64,000 bases of DNA. It comes from Clostridiaceae bacterium (lineage in GTDB: Bacteria > Bacillota > Clostridia > SK-Y3). The notes under the pieces are model-generated. The model saw only the letters and a program-made list of their open reading frames with translations. It did not search any database and was not told where the DNA came from. Both the position numbers and the translations under genes were made by a program. The stretch is from NCBI GenBank assembly GCA_012735465.1, contig JAAYHJ010000016.1:16648-80647 (forward strand). Direction: 5' to 3'. Position 1 is the stretch's first letter; every line of letters starts with the position of its first letter. Below are positions 9,382 through 19,189 of the stretch, piece after piece.

Positions 9382-9388
9382 TGTCGAA
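9382..9388 (+). promoter_or_regulatory. Spo0A box just downstream of the abrB promoter
   Basis: Perfect TGTCGAA about 10-16 nt downstream of the predicted start point, the geometry known for Spo0A repression of B. subtilis abrB. Confidence 0.55.
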
Positions 9389-9412
9389 TCTTGTAATCTT
9401 AGGAGGAGTAAT

Positions 9413-9652
9413 ATGAAATCAACAGGTATTGTAAGAAAAGTAGATGAACTAGGAAGAGTAGTACTTCCAATTGAGCTGAGAAGAACGCTTGATATAGCTG
9501 AGAAAGATGCTTTAGAGATTTATGTAGATGGTAATACTATTATACTGAAAAAGTATGAACCTGCATGTATCTTCTGTGGGAATGCAAAAGACGTATATGT
9601 CTACAAGGGTAAGAATATTTGCCCCCAGTGCATGGAAGAATTAAAGAAATAA
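9413..9652 (+). CDS. abrB: Transition-state regulator AbrB (SpoVT/AbrB swapped-hairpin domain) with Cys4 C-terminal tail
   Basis: MKSTGIVRKVDELGRVVLPIELRRTLDIAEKDALEIYVDG is near-identical to the B. subtilis AbrB N-domain. RBS AGGAGGAG. The tail reads CIFCGN...CPQC. The track ORF start at 9281 has no RBS. Confidence 0.93.
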   Translation: MKSTGIVRKVDELGRVVLPIELRRTLDIAEKDALEIYVDGNTIILKKYEPACIFCGNAKDVYVYKGKNICPQCMEELKK

Positions 9653-9683
9653 TGAAAAAGAAGGGATATCCCTTCTTTTTCAT
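9652..9683. terminator. Bidirectional hairpin between convergent abrB and rsmI
   Basis: atgaaaaagaaggga-ta-tcccttctttttcat perfect palindrome immediately after the abrB stop. Confidence 0.7.
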
Positions 9684-10537
9684 TATTTCTTATTTTTTAA
9701 ATTAAGTGCATACACTTCCCTCTTTGAAATTCCCCGGTCCTTGGCTACTTTTTTTAATGCTTCCTTTTCGTCAATCCCCTGGGAAGTATACAGGTAAATA
9801 TGATCCGAAATGGACATATTCATCCATTCCTGATGTTTTTGTTTTTCCAACCGTCTGGGATCCGCACCTTCAACAATCAATACAAATTCACCTTTTGGCA
9901 TACTTTGTTTAAACCGGTTTATGGCTTCTTCAAGGGAACAACGAATCACCTCTTCAAACTTTTTTGTCAGCTCCCTGGCAAGGGCAATCTTCCTGTTCCC
10001 CAATATACTGTACATATCCTCCAAGGTGTTCAGAAGCTTATGGGGCGCCTCATAAAATATTAAAGTGCGCGGATCATTCTTTATTTGTTCCAGATGTTCC
10101 CTTCTGTTTCTCTTATTAACCGATAAAAAACCTTCAAAACAAAACCTCCCGGTAGGCATACCGGAAAGAATCAGTCCGGTAATTGCAGCTACAGGCCCTG
10201 GTAAAGCAGATACAGTAATATCCCTTTCAATACACAGTCTTACCAGATCCTCTCCAGGATCGGAAATGCCCGGTGTACCCGCATCTGACACAAGAGCTAC
10301 GTTTTTACCCTGCAGAATCTGCTCAACGATATATTTCCCTCTTTCCGACTTATTGTGCTCATAATAGCTGATCAAGGGCTTATTAATCTGAAAGTGGTTG
10401 AGCAGTTTTAATGTCTGCCGGGTATCCTCTGCTGCTATCAAATCCACCTCTTTTAGTACCCTCAAAACCCTCAAAGTGATATCTTCAAGATTTCCAATGG
10501 GTGTAGCACAAAGATACAGCATTCCTTTTTTATCCAT
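9683..10537 (-). CDS. rsmI: 16S rRNA (cytidine1402-2'-O)-methyltransferase RsmI
   Basis: 284 aa, tetrapyrrole-methylase fold, N-terminus LYLCATPIGNLEDITLRVLRVLKEVDLIAAEDTR. Syntenic with B. subtilis yabC. Confidence 0.92.
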   Translation of the reverse strand: MDKKGMLYLCATPIGNLEDITLRVLRVLKEVDLIAAEDTRQTLKLLNHFQINKPLISYYEHNKSERGKYIVEQILQGKNVALVSDAGTPGISDPGEDLVRLCIERDITVSALPGPVAAITGLILSGMPTGRFCFEGFLSVNKRNRREHLEQIKNDPRTLIFYEAPHKLLNTLEDMYSILGNRKIALARELTKKFEEVIRCSLEEAINRFKQSMPKGEFVLIVEGADPRRLEKQKHQEWMNMSISDHIYLYTSQGIDEKEALKKVAKDRGISKREVYALNLKNKK

Positions 10538-11321
10538 CTTTTTTCTCCCTGCAATAAATGGTATTTATCTCCTCGCTGTACTCCCCTTTATCATTATATA
10601 CATACAAGGGTTCCAACATATTAAGCTGCGGATTACCTCCCCTTACCCCTTCAATAAGGATGAGATTTGGTTTCTTACCCGGAGACGGGTGGACAAACCT
10701 AAGTCGTTTAGGCTCAAGCTTGTAATACCTCATCAGCCATATTATATCCACCAGGCGTTCAGGCCGGTGTACCATTGCAAGCTTTCCCCCGACTTTCAGA
10801 AGTTTAGAGGCTATACGAATTACATCCTCAAGAGTGCATTTGATTTCATGACGGGAAATTGCTTTAGAATCATTTGGATTAATAAGGCCGCCTTTTGGCT
10901 GGGTATAAGGAGGATTGCACGTAATAACATCAAAAACGCTTGCACCAAATAAGCTGACTCCATCCTGTAAATCCCCTTCTATAATGCTTACCCTGTCCTC
11001 TAAATTGTTTAATGCAACGCTTCTGCCGGCTATTTCCGCCAGATGCGGTTGTATTTCAAGCCCAATTATCTTCGCTGCTTCCGTCTTACCTGCAATAAGA
11101 AGGGGAATGACTCCTGTTCCTGTTCCCATATCCAGGACAGTATCACCTTTCCGAACGGTAGCAAAATTAGCCAGCAAAACCGCATCCACCCCAAAGCAGA
11201 AGCTCCTCGTGTCCTGAATAATGCGCAAGCCCTTGTACTGAAGGTCGTCAATCCTTTCCCAATCGTTTATAAGTATATTATCCTTTCCACAGGCACTATT
11301 CACTGCTGAGCGCCTCCACAT
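10530..11321 (-). CDS. tRNA1(Val) (adenine37-N6)-methyltransferase-like SAM methyltransferase (YabB/TrmN6 family)
   Basis: SAM motif VLDMGTGTGVIPL and N6-adenine motif CNPPY. Syntenic with B. subtilis yabB. The start is uncertain (26-nt overlap with the upstream gene). Confidence 0.8.
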   Translation of the reverse strand: MWRRSAVNSACGKDNILINDWERIDDLQYKGLRIIQDTRSFCFGVDAVLLANFATVRKGDTVLDMGTGTGVIPLLIAGKTEAAKIIGLEIQPHLAEIAGRSVALNNLEDRVSIIEGDLQDGVSLFGASVFDVITCNPPYTQPKGGLINPNDSKAISRHEIKCTLEDVIRIASKLLKVGGKLAMVHRPERLVDIIWLMRYYKLEPKRLRFVHPSPGKKPNLILIEGVRGGNPQLNMLEPLYVYNDKGEYSEEINTIYCREKKDG

Positions 11322-12006
11322 ACCTGAGTAAATTTGCTTCTTCCATTGGCCCTATTACAACATCTTGTATTATTCCATCCTTGTCCAGGATATAAGTGGT
11401 AGGTATGCTGTGAATGCGGTAAACCACTGCTACTTTCCCACTGGTATCAAGAAGCACCGGGAAAGTAAAACCATTGTCCTGTAGGAAATCTTTTACTTCT
11501 TCTTTCCCTTCCTGTATATTCACAGCAAGAATAACCGCTTCCTGGCTCTCTTTAAATGTCTGATGGGCCGACTCAAAATGAGGCATTTCCAGCCTGCAGG
11601 GTCCGCACCATGTAGCCCAAAAATTTAAAAATACCACCTTACCTCGGTAGTCAGATAATTTAACCTTATTGCCTTCAATATCCATTAGCTCGAAATCCGG
11701 TGCTCTTTGAAGCCTCTGTATACCTTCCTCTACTTGCTGAACCTCCTGGTCAGGCCCAACATCAACGGGATCCTCTGACTGGGAACCCTTATCGGGTACA
11801 ATTACATCACCTTCCGGTATTTCACCGGTACCCTTGTCTTCCAGCCCGCCATTTTTATTATCAGGCTGTCCCCGTGCCAGACGTTCTTTATCAAGATACT
11901 CCTGGTAATAATTATGCGCAAAAAAAATGCCAACGGCCGCCGCTATTATTCCTGCTGTAATTAACAATACCGTAATAATTTTTGCTCTACCAGAGCCCTG
12001 TCCCAT
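11296..12006 (-). CDS. Membrane-anchored TlpA/ResA-like thiol-disulfide oxidoreductase
   Basis: N-terminal TM, acidic linker, thioredoxin fold with WATWCGPC. Start placed at ATG 12006 (RBS GGGAGGTG). Confidence 0.85.
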   Translation of the reverse strand: MGQGSGRAKIITVLLITAGIIAAAVGIFFAHNYYQEYLDKERLARGQPDNKNGGLEDKGTGEIPEGDVIVPDKGSQSEDPVDVGPDQEVQQVEEGIQRLQRAPDFELMDIEGNKVKLSDYRGKVVFLNFWATWCGPCRLEMPHFESAHQTFKESQEAVILAVNIQEGKEEVKDFLQDNGFTFPVLLDTSGKVAVVYRIHSIPTTYILDKDGIIQDVVIGPMEEANLLRYVEALSSE

Positions 12007-12025
12007 AAAAACACCTCCCAGTATC

Positions 12026-12057
12026 AAAAAAACCCAAGAATAATCTTAGGTTTTTTT
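12026..12057 (-). terminator. Rho-independent terminator after the ferredoxin gene
   Basis: Minus strand AAAAAAACCTAAGA-TTAT-TCTTGGGTTTTTTT, 35 nt after the stop. Confidence 0.7.
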
Positions 12058-12092
12058 ATTGAACTGTATTATTGATTTTATTGTATCATTTA

Positions 12093-12299
<207 letters not shown>

Positions 12300-12366
12300 T
12301 TACCACTATAATGTAAAATTGAAAACACTTTTTTGATGAAAAACCACTGTTTATGGGCTAATTTAT

Positions 12367-13251
12367 CTAAACATCTTCCAAATCCTTTAGTTCTTCCAGT
12401 ACTTCCTCATCCTGCTCATTTTCTGCCTCTTTATTTTCCCCATCTTTTAGTATTTTAATCTCATCAAGGCGAAAGACCTGAAGTACATTTTCATCATCCT
12501 TATCCAGTTTTACCTTTACAGTTTCTTTTAACAAACTCACATCCATCACAACCCCTTGCCCCTGGGGCGTAAGTACAAGGGCATCTATCTTCGGGACCTT
12601 ACCCAGCATTTCTTCGTATGTCTCCTGCTCATATTTCAGGCAACACATTAACCTGCCACACGTACCGGATATCTTGCTGGGATTTAATGACAAATTTTGT
12701 TCTTTTGCCATCTTGATGGAAACAGGCTCAAACTCTCCCAAGTGGGTTGAACAACAGAGAGCGCGGCCGCATATACCAAGCCCTCCGATCATCTTTGCTT
12801 CGTCCCGAACACCAATCTGCCTCAGCTCAATCCGGGTTTTAAACACAGCTGCCAAATCTTTAACCAATTCCCGGAAATCCACCCTGCCTTCGGCTGTAAA
12901 GTAGAAAAGCACCTTATTTCCATCAAACGTGTACTCCACATCAATCAGCTTCATGCCAAGATTATGATCCTTTATTTTCTGCAGGCATATTTTGAAAGCT
13001 TCCTTTTCCTTTTTCTTGTTTTCTGCTGCATGTTGTATGTCTTCTTCGGTTGCAATTCTGATAACCTTTTTCAAAGGTGCAATAATATCTTCTTCAGCTA
13101 CTTCTCTATTGCTAATAACCGTTTCTCCAAATTCAATACCTCTAGCAGTCTCAACGATTACCCAGGTCCCCCTTTCAATCACGAGGTCCTCCGGATCAAA
13201 GTAATAAATTTTACCTGCTCTTTTAAACCGTACTCCTACCACCGTTGCCAT
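12367..13251 (-). CDS. ricT: PSP1-domain protein YaaT/RicT (stage 0 sporulation / RNase Y regulator complex)
   Basis: MATVVGVRFKRAGKIYYFDP... with the Cys-rich CGRALCCSTHL...GTCGRLMCCLKYE motif. Syntenic after holB. Confidence 0.9.
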   Translation of the reverse strand: MATVVGVRFKRAGKIYYFDPEDLVIERGTWVIVETARGIEFGETVISNREVAEEDIIAPLKKVIRIATEEDIQHAAENKKKEKEAFKICLQKIKDHNLGMKLIDVEYTFDGNKVLFYFTAEGRVDFRELVKDLAAVFKTRIELRQIGVRDEAKMIGGLGICGRALCCSTHLGEFEPVSIKMAKEQNLSLNPSKISGTCGRLMCCLKYEQETYEEMLGKVPKIDALVLTPQGQGVVMDVSLLKETVKVKLDKDDENVLQVFRLDEIKILKDGENKEAENEQDEEVLEELKDLEDV

Positions 13252-14233
13252 GTATTTCCTCCCAACTCCGAATGAACATCGTCTCAATTGCCAAAGCATA
13301 ATTGACATTCATATCTATTTTCTTTTTAGTATCCATTATTATTTCAATTATCTTACATATTGAATAGCTTGTAACATTTAGTGCAAACTCATAAATATTA
13401 TCAATCATATCTATATTTATAACCTTCTTTTTATCATGTGATTCCTTTATTATCAGTACGTCCCTGAACCATGACAGTAAAAAATCCAAAAGCAGCCTGT
13501 TGCTTTGCTTATACTCAATAAAATAATCTGCTGCATCTATGAGTACCGCTTTATTGGGGCTTAATAATTTATAAACCCTATTAAAAATATCCCTTCTTAG
13601 GGTCCGAAACTCCTGGGATTCGGCAACATCTTTTGCCCTGCCTATGATGCCTCCTGAAAGCCTTGCAATAACCGATACTTCCTCTCCCAGTCCGGGATAT
13701 TCATTTTTCAGGAATTCTTCAATTTCTTCATACGGATGTACAGCAAACCTTAAGACCACTGACCTGGACAAAATGGTTTTCAAAAGGAGAGAAGCATTGA
13801 TTGTAGTGAGAATAAACATGCCGTATGCAGGAGGTTCTTCCAATACCTTCAGCAGACTGTTCTGTGCCTGCAAAGTCATCTTATCCGCCTCGGAAATGAT
13901 ATATATTTTTTTATCTGCTGAATAAGGCTTAATATACATGTCCTTCTGAAGGTCTCGTATCATGTCAACACCGATGCTGCCGGTTTCACCGTGCAAAAAC
14001 TTAACATCAGGATGATTCCCGCTCTTATTTTGGATGCAGCTTTTGCAAACACCGCAGGGATCAGTACCTTTTCGCTCGCAGGTTAATGCAGAAGCAAGAA
14101 GAGATGCAATCGTCTTCTTTCCAATGCCTTCTGGGCCTTCAAAAATGTAGGCATGGCTAACCTTATTATTACGAATACAGTTTTTCAGGCTATTGATAAC
14201 CACTTTTTGACCTATAATTTTATTAAAGCTCAT
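13223..14233 (-). CDS. holB: DNA polymerase III subunit delta'
   Basis: AAA+ GPEGIGKKT, zinc module CGVCKSC, LKVLEEPP. Syntenic between yaaR and yaaT. Start taken at MSFNKIIGQ. Confidence 0.9.
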   Translation of the reverse strand: MSFNKIIGQKVVINSLKNCIRNNKVSHAYIFEGPEGIGKKTIASLLASALTCERKGTDPCGVCKSCIQNKSGNHPDVKFLHGETGSIGVDMIRDLQKDMYIKPYSADKKIYIISEADKMTLQAQNSLLKVLEEPPAYGMFILTTINASLLLKTILSRSVVLRFAVHPYEEIEEFLKNEYPGLGEEVSVIARLSGGIIGRAKDVAESQEFRTLRRDIFNRVYKLLSPNKAVLIDAADYFIEYKQSNRLLLDFLLSWFRDVLIIKESHDKKKVINIDMIDNIYEFALNVTSYSICKIIEIIMDTKKKIDMNVNYALAIETMFIRSWEEIHGNGGRSTV

Positions 14234-14275
14234 ATTCATCTCTTTCCCCAAACTCGCAAAATATCTAAAACATTT

Positions 14276-14728
14276 TTACATCAATATATCCAGCAACAAA
14301 CCCCGGATATCATCTAGACGCTGTAAAATCTTTACATTATTCCTTTCTTCCATTAAGACTTCCCGTGTGAGATTGTCTAAATGTTCGTCCACTTTATGAA
14401 TCATGGCATATACCTTGTATCTTCCCCTACGATCCAACATACTTTCTTTACTAAACTTATGGGAATACCTTACCGCTTCATAAAGAAATTCTGAAATCAG
14501 CTTCCTGTACCGCTTCAACTCTTTTATATCAATATTTTTTGACAACCTCTCGCCTTGCCGGTTAACCTGATCCAGCAATTCAGTCAAACGTTTACGATAA
14601 TCCTGTTCTTCTGCCTTTATCAACTGCTCATCAAAGGACAATTTCGCTGTATCTGAAAGCTTCTTATCCTCTGCCACCTGCTTACTCTGTATTCCTGAAA
14701 GATGATTTATAACCTCATTAATTTTCAT
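14276..14728 (-). CDS. yaaR: YaaR (DUF327) family protein
   Basis: 150 aa, charged and helical. Its position between darA and holB is identical to B. subtilis yaaR. Confidence 0.7.
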   Translation of the reverse strand: MKINEVINHLSGIQSKQVAEDKKLSDTAKLSFDEQLIKAEEQDYRKRLTELLDQVNRQGERLSKNIDIKELKRYRKLISEFLYEAVRYSHKFSKESMLDRRGRYKVYAMIHKVDEHLDNLTREVLMEERNNVKILQRLDDIRGLLLDILM

Positions 14729-14740
14729 AAATATAGCCCC

Positions 14741-15070
14741 TTACACTTTTTCAAAGCGTTCAACATCCAATACGAATATGGTAGCCCCTCCCACATCAAC
14801 TTCCACCGGATAGGGTGCATAAACACCTGCTGCGCCCGTAGCCGGCATAGGAGAAGTTATAATCTGCTTCCTGCCCATGCATTTTCTCTTTATTATATCG
14901 ATTACCGTTTGTACGTTTTCTTTGCTCGTTCCAACAAGAAGGGTAGTGTTACCGGCCTTTAAAAATCCTCCCGTAGTTGCTAACTTCGTTACGCTAAACC
15001 CTTCCTTATTTAGCTCACTCATCACCCGGTTTCCATCATCATCATGTACAATTGCCAGTACAATCTTCAT
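14741..15070 (-). CDS. darA: Cyclic-di-AMP receptor DarA (PII-like, YaaQ)
   Basis: MKIVLAIVHDDDGNRVMSELNKEGFSVTKLATTGGFLKAGNTTLLVG is a typical YaaQ/DarA sequence. Synteny agrees. Confidence 0.88.
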   Translation of the reverse strand: MKIVLAIVHDDDGNRVMSELNKEGFSVTKLATTGGFLKAGNTTLLVGTSKENVQTVIDIIKRKCMGRKQIITSPMPATGAAGVYAPYPVEVDVGGATIFVLDVERFEKV

Positions 15071-15138
15071 GCCATACACCCCTCTCCCCTTAATACTGTA
15101 TTTAATTTAATTATACCTTTTCCCAAAAAAAAGTTCCA

Positions 15139-16578
15139 CTACAAATTCCGCTTTACCGCTTTTACGTATGAATTATCAACCAGGCCGTGCACAGTGCCTC
15201 CCGAATCAATTATACATTTTAAATAATCAATAATATTTTGAGAAAACTGTTCTCCAGGGCACAGAACCGGAATCCCGGGTGGAAAACAAATAATAGTATC
15301 ATTTGAAATGGCACCTGCAGATTTTTCCAGCGGAATAAGCTCCCACTCACTGTAAAAAGCATTCATTGGAGGCATGCTATACCGGGCAATGGGAAGGTTA
15401 TGGTAATACCTGTTGGTTTTATCTTGTTCCCAGGACAAGGACATCTCCTGCAGGGCATCACCAAGAAGCTTAATCTGCTTTTCCGTATTTGCTATGGAAG
15501 GGATACACACGATATTACTCATATCCGCCATTTCCACCTGTATGCCATACTTAAGACTCAGTTCCTTAGCCACCCCATACCCCGTTACAGAAACATTTTT
15601 TAAATGAATCACTATCCTTGCCAGATCAAACTGATAAATAAAACCGGAATCAATTATTTCATCTCCAAGACAGTACATGTGCTCATTGTCCCTTAAATGA
15701 TACCGCAATTGTTCAATATTATCAATCAGCCGGCTAAGAGCAGCGTACCCTTCTTTTGCCATGATACCAATTGCTGCATCAAGGTATGCCATAAGTATAT
15801 AGGATGGGCTGCTGGTCTGAAACATTCTTAAACAGCTTTTTAAACGATGTAAGTCTATTCTGTCCGAGTTAAGATGCAACAGGGAGCTTTGGGTTAAAGC
15901 AGGCAATGTCTTGTGAGCGCTTTGCACACACATATCGGCACCTGCCCGAAGCGCTCCCTTAGGAAGTCGATCGTGAAAATAAAAATGGGCTCCGTGCGCC
16001 TCGTCCACCAAAAGTATTTTACCCTGGCGGTGTACAATTTCTGCAATGGACTCCACATCGGAACAAATTCCATAATAAGTAGGGGAAGTGATAAGTACCC
16101 CCTTTGCTTTAGGGTAGCTTATGAGCATCCTTTCTACTTCCTGAGGAGCTATCCCTCCCACAATACCCAGCTCATTCAAAAAACAAGGATAAACATACCT
16201 GGGAACCACCCCGCATAGTATTAATGAGTGAACCACTGAGCTATGACAATTGCGGTCTATAATAAGTTCATCACCGGGATTGCATGTGCTTGCAATCATT
16301 GCCTGAATTCCACAGGTTGAGCCGTTGACAAGAAAAAAACTATGTTTTGCCCCAAACACCTCTGCTGCCCTCTCCTGGGCCAAAAGTATAGCCCCTTCCG
16401 GGCTGTGAAGGCAGTCGGTTTCGGGAAGTTCCGTAAGATCGATTTCAAAAGCATAGGATTTAAGCTCTTCCGGTATGCCTTTACCTTGTTTATGCCCGGG
16501 CATGTGAAAAGGAATCTTCTTTTTTAAGTTGTATTTTATCAATGCATCAAATAAAGGTGTATCATATCTTCCCATCAT
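15139..16578 (-). CDS. Orn/Lys/Arg decarboxylase family protein (YaaO-like, PLP-dependent)
   Basis: 479 aa with FHMPGHKQGKG at the N-terminus and the PLP-lysine region SAHKTLPALTQSS. Syntenic with B. subtilis yaaO. Confidence 0.85.
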   Translation of the reverse strand: MMGRYDTPLFDALIKYNLKKKIPFHMPGHKQGKGIPEELKSYAFEIDLTELPETDCLHSPEGAILLAQERAAEVFGAKHSFFLVNGSTCGIQAMIASTCNPGDELIIDRNCHSSVVHSLILCGVVPRYVYPCFLNELGIVGGIAPQEVERMLISYPKAKGVLITSPTYYGICSDVESIAEIVHRQGKILLVDEAHGAHFYFHDRLPKGALRAGADMCVQSAHKTLPALTQSSLLHLNSDRIDLHRLKSCLRMFQTSSPSYILMAYLDAAIGIMAKEGYAALSRLIDNIEQLRYHLRDNEHMYCLGDEIIDSGFIYQFDLARIVIHLKNVSVTGYGVAKELSLKYGIQVEMADMSNIVCIPSIANTEKQIKLLGDALQEMSLSWEQDKTNRYYHNLPIARYSMPPMNAFYSEWELIPLEKSAGAISNDTIICFPPGIPVLCPGEQFSQNIIDYLKCIIDSGGTVHGLVDNSYVKAVKRNL

Positions 16579-16601
16579 ATATGTTCTCTTTCAGTACCTC
16601 T

Positions 16602-16635
16602 AAAAATATAACGAGGCATAAAATTTTGCCTCGTT
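16602..16635 (-). terminator. Rho-independent terminator
   Basis: aacgaggca...tgcctcgtt stem with a T-run on the minus strand, 24 nt after the stop at 16659. Confidence 0.65.
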
Positions 16636-16658
16636 GAAACGGTGTGTTTTCGTATTTT

Positions 16659-17111
16659 CTATTTCAAAAACTTGTCCGGTATACTCTTCTTAAGAGCCTG
16701 AATAAAACTCTCACTGGGCTCAATAATCAACTTATAATTCTTGCCTTGTCTTTCAAAAATTACGCAATATTTATTTCTGCCAAATAAAGTAATGGATACG
16801 TCGTATTTACCGGCAGTACCATATTTTTTTATGGCACTGCTGGACAGGGGCGCAATTATACGTATATCTTTCGTATTCACCCCAAGTACCACCGTTTCAC
16901 GGTTTCCAATTATCTTATGAAATATTAAATCCGTATCAATAATAGTATATTCAAAATAAGCCACAAAATACCTGAGCACCACATACCCGCAAATTACAAA
17001 TAACGCCAGCTTAATGAGGTCGGCAATTATCCTATACCTAAATAATATTGAAAAAACAGGATCCAATATACTCATAAAAACAAACAGCAAGACGACCAAG
17101 CCAATTGCCAT
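16659..17111 (-). CDS. Hypothetical membrane protein (2 TM plus a soluble C-terminal domain)
   Basis: ORF 16659..17186. I prefer the start at MAIGLVVLLF (17111) because the longer form overlaps the malic-enzyme gene. I recognise no family. Confidence 0.5.
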   Translation of the reverse strand: MAIGLVVLLFVFMSILDPVFSILFRYRIIADLIKLALFVICGYVVLRYFVAYFEYTIIDTDLIFHKIIGNRETVVLGVNTKDIRIIAPLSSSAIKKYGTAGKYDVSITLFGRNKYCVIFERQGKNYKLIIEPSESFIQALKKSIPDKFLK

Positions 17112-17169
17112 TAAAAAACTATTGCCTTCTCTTTTTACAGTTTCTTTGTACAACCCAACGCAGTCCCCC

Positions 17170-18342
17170 TTAAACCCTTGCCACACCGGTTTTTTTTGCT
17201 GCTTTCCTCACAGCTTCGGCAACGGCTTCTACCACCCGTGGGTCAAAAGGCCTGGGAATTATGTACTCCTCATCCAGTTGTTCATCAGTTATTAATCCTG
17301 CAATGGCATAGGCTGCCGCTACCTTCATTTCATCATTTATTTCCCTTGCCCTGACATCCAGTGCTCCTCTGAAAACCCCCGGAAAGGCCAGTACATTATT
17401 AATCTGATTTGGATAATCAGAACGTCCGGTCCCAACCACCCTTGCTCCTGCTTCTTTTGCATCGGCAGGGAAAATTTCAGGAACAGGATTTGCCATGGCA
17501 AATATAATTGCATCCTTATTCATCAACTGAATCATTTCTTTTGTAACAACACCCGGTGCCGAAACACCTATAAAGATATCCGCACCTACCAAACAATCTT
17601 TTAAGCTGCCTTTTTTACGCTCCCTATTGGTAATTCCGGCAATTTCAGCCTGTGCATCATTTAAGGAAGAATCCCCTTCATATAAGGCTCCTTTTTTGTC
17701 ACATAATATAATATCTTTAAAACCTACATGAAGCAAAAGCTTTGCAATTGCAATTCCCGCAGAACCGGCACCGTTTATTACCACAGAAACCTTGGCCATA
17801 TCTTTATGTACAATCTTCAAGGCATTTATAAGTCCTGCAAGAACAACAATGGCAGTACCATGCTGGTCATCATGAAACACAGGTATATCCAATTCTTCTT
17901 TAAGCCTACGCTCAATTTCAAAGCAACGGGGCGCAGAAATATCTTCTATATTGATTCCTCCAAAAGTAGGAGATATGTTTTTTACCGTTCGTATGATTTC
18001 TTCCGTATCCTTTGAATCGATGCATATGGGGAAAGCATCCACGTTTGCAAAGGTTTTAAACAATACGGCTTTCCCTTCCATAACCGGCAGGCCCGACTCA
18101 GGGCCAATATCCCCAAGACCCAATACAGCCGTACCATCGGTAACCACAGCAACAAGGTTCCACTTGCGGGTATAATCGTATACCTTGCTCTTGTCTTTAT
18201 AAATCTCTTTGCATGGCTCAGCAACCCCCGGTGTATATGCAATGGATAAGTCCTTAACATCTGCAATATCCACAGTGCTTCTTACCTCGATCTTCCCTCT
18301 CCATTCCTTGTGCAACCGAAGTGCATCTTCTTTTAGTCCCAT
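17170..18342 (-). CDS. NAD(P)-dependent malic enzyme (oxaloacetate-decarboxylating malate dehydrogenase)
   Basis: About 390 aa, short-type malic enzyme with VVTDGTAVLGLGDIG and GAGSAGIAIAKLL. Start at ATG 18342 (RBS GGGAGGA 6 nt upstream). Confidence 0.9.
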   Translation of the reverse strand: MGLKEDALRLHKEWRGKIEVRSTVDIADVKDLSIAYTPGVAEPCKEIYKDKSKVYDYTRKWNLVAVVTDGTAVLGLGDIGPESGLPVMEGKAVLFKTFANVDAFPICIDSKDTEEIIRTVKNISPTFGGINIEDISAPRCFEIERRLKEELDIPVFHDDQHGTAIVVLAGLINALKIVHKDMAKVSVVINGAGSAGIAIAKLLLHVGFKDIILCDKKGALYEGDSSLNDAQAEIAGITNRERKKGSLKDCLVGADIFIGVSAPGVVTKEMIQLMNKDAIIFAMANPVPEIFPADAKEAGARVVGTGRSDYPNQINNVLAFPGVFRGALDVRAREINDEMKVAAAYAIAGLITDEQLDEEYIIPRPFDPRVVEAVAEAVRKAAKKTGVARV

Positions 18343-18394
18343 AATATTTCCTCCCAAACTAAGCGGTGTATGCTAATGCATATTTATCGTTACT

Positions 18395-19165
18395 TTAGTT
18401 TTGATTCCTTTCGTATATGATCCTCAGCCCTTCAAGTGTAAGGCGTGAATTTATTTCATCAATGGTGGAGGATTCGGAAGCAATTAACCTTGCCAGGCCA
18501 CCGGTTGCTATGACCTTTATTTTTCCGCCTCCCATTTCTTCTTTCATCCTGTTCACTATATAGTCCACTTGTCCAACATAACCGTATATTGCCCCGGACT
18601 GCATACTGTTTATAGTGTTTTTGCCAATTACCCTTTCCGGCTTTACAAGGTCTATCCTTGGAAGCTTAGCAGCCTTATTGAACAAGGCATCAACGGATAT
18701 CTTGATTCCGGGACAAATCACTCCACCCATATATTCTCCCTTTTTGTTTATTGCACAAAAAGTGGTAGCTGTACCGAAATCCACGATAATCAGGGGCCCG
18801 CCATATAATTCATATCCGGCTACCGCATTTACAATCCTGTCCGCTCCCACTTCTCTCGGGTTATCGTATTTAATATTGATTCCGGTTTTTATTCCCGGCC
18901 CCACTATCAAAGGCTCCTTATGTATATATTTCCTTATCGCATGTTCAAGGGAATACATAATAGGCGGAACAACGGAGGATATTATAACCCCTTCAATATC
19001 CGATACATTAATATTGGCACTGTTAAAAAACAGCATAAACATCATGCCTATTTCATCTGCTGTCCTTTCCAATTGGGTTGCCATCCGCCAATAAACTAAC
19101 AGCTCTTTATCCTTATATATACCCAATACAATATTTGTATTTCCTACATCCACAACAAGTATCAT
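18395..19165 (-). CDS. coaX: Type III pantothenate kinase
   Basis: [17 protein letters not shown]..., [10 protein letters not shown] and DFGTATTF motifs. Confidence 0.93.
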   Translation of the reverse strand: MILVVDVGNTNIVLGIYKDKELLVYWRMATQLERTADEIGMMFMLFFNSANINVSDIEGVIISSVVPPIMYSLEHAIRKYIHKEPLIVGPGIKTGINIKYDNPREVGADRIVNAVAGYELYGGPLIIVDFGTATTFCAINKKGEYMGGVICPGIKISVDALFNKAAKLPRIDLVKPERVIGKNTINSMQSGAIYGYVGQVDYIVNRMKEEMGGGKIKVIATGGLARLIASESSTIDEINSRLTLEGLRIIYERNQN

Positions 19166-19189
19166 TAAAAATTCTCCTTTAATTAAAAA

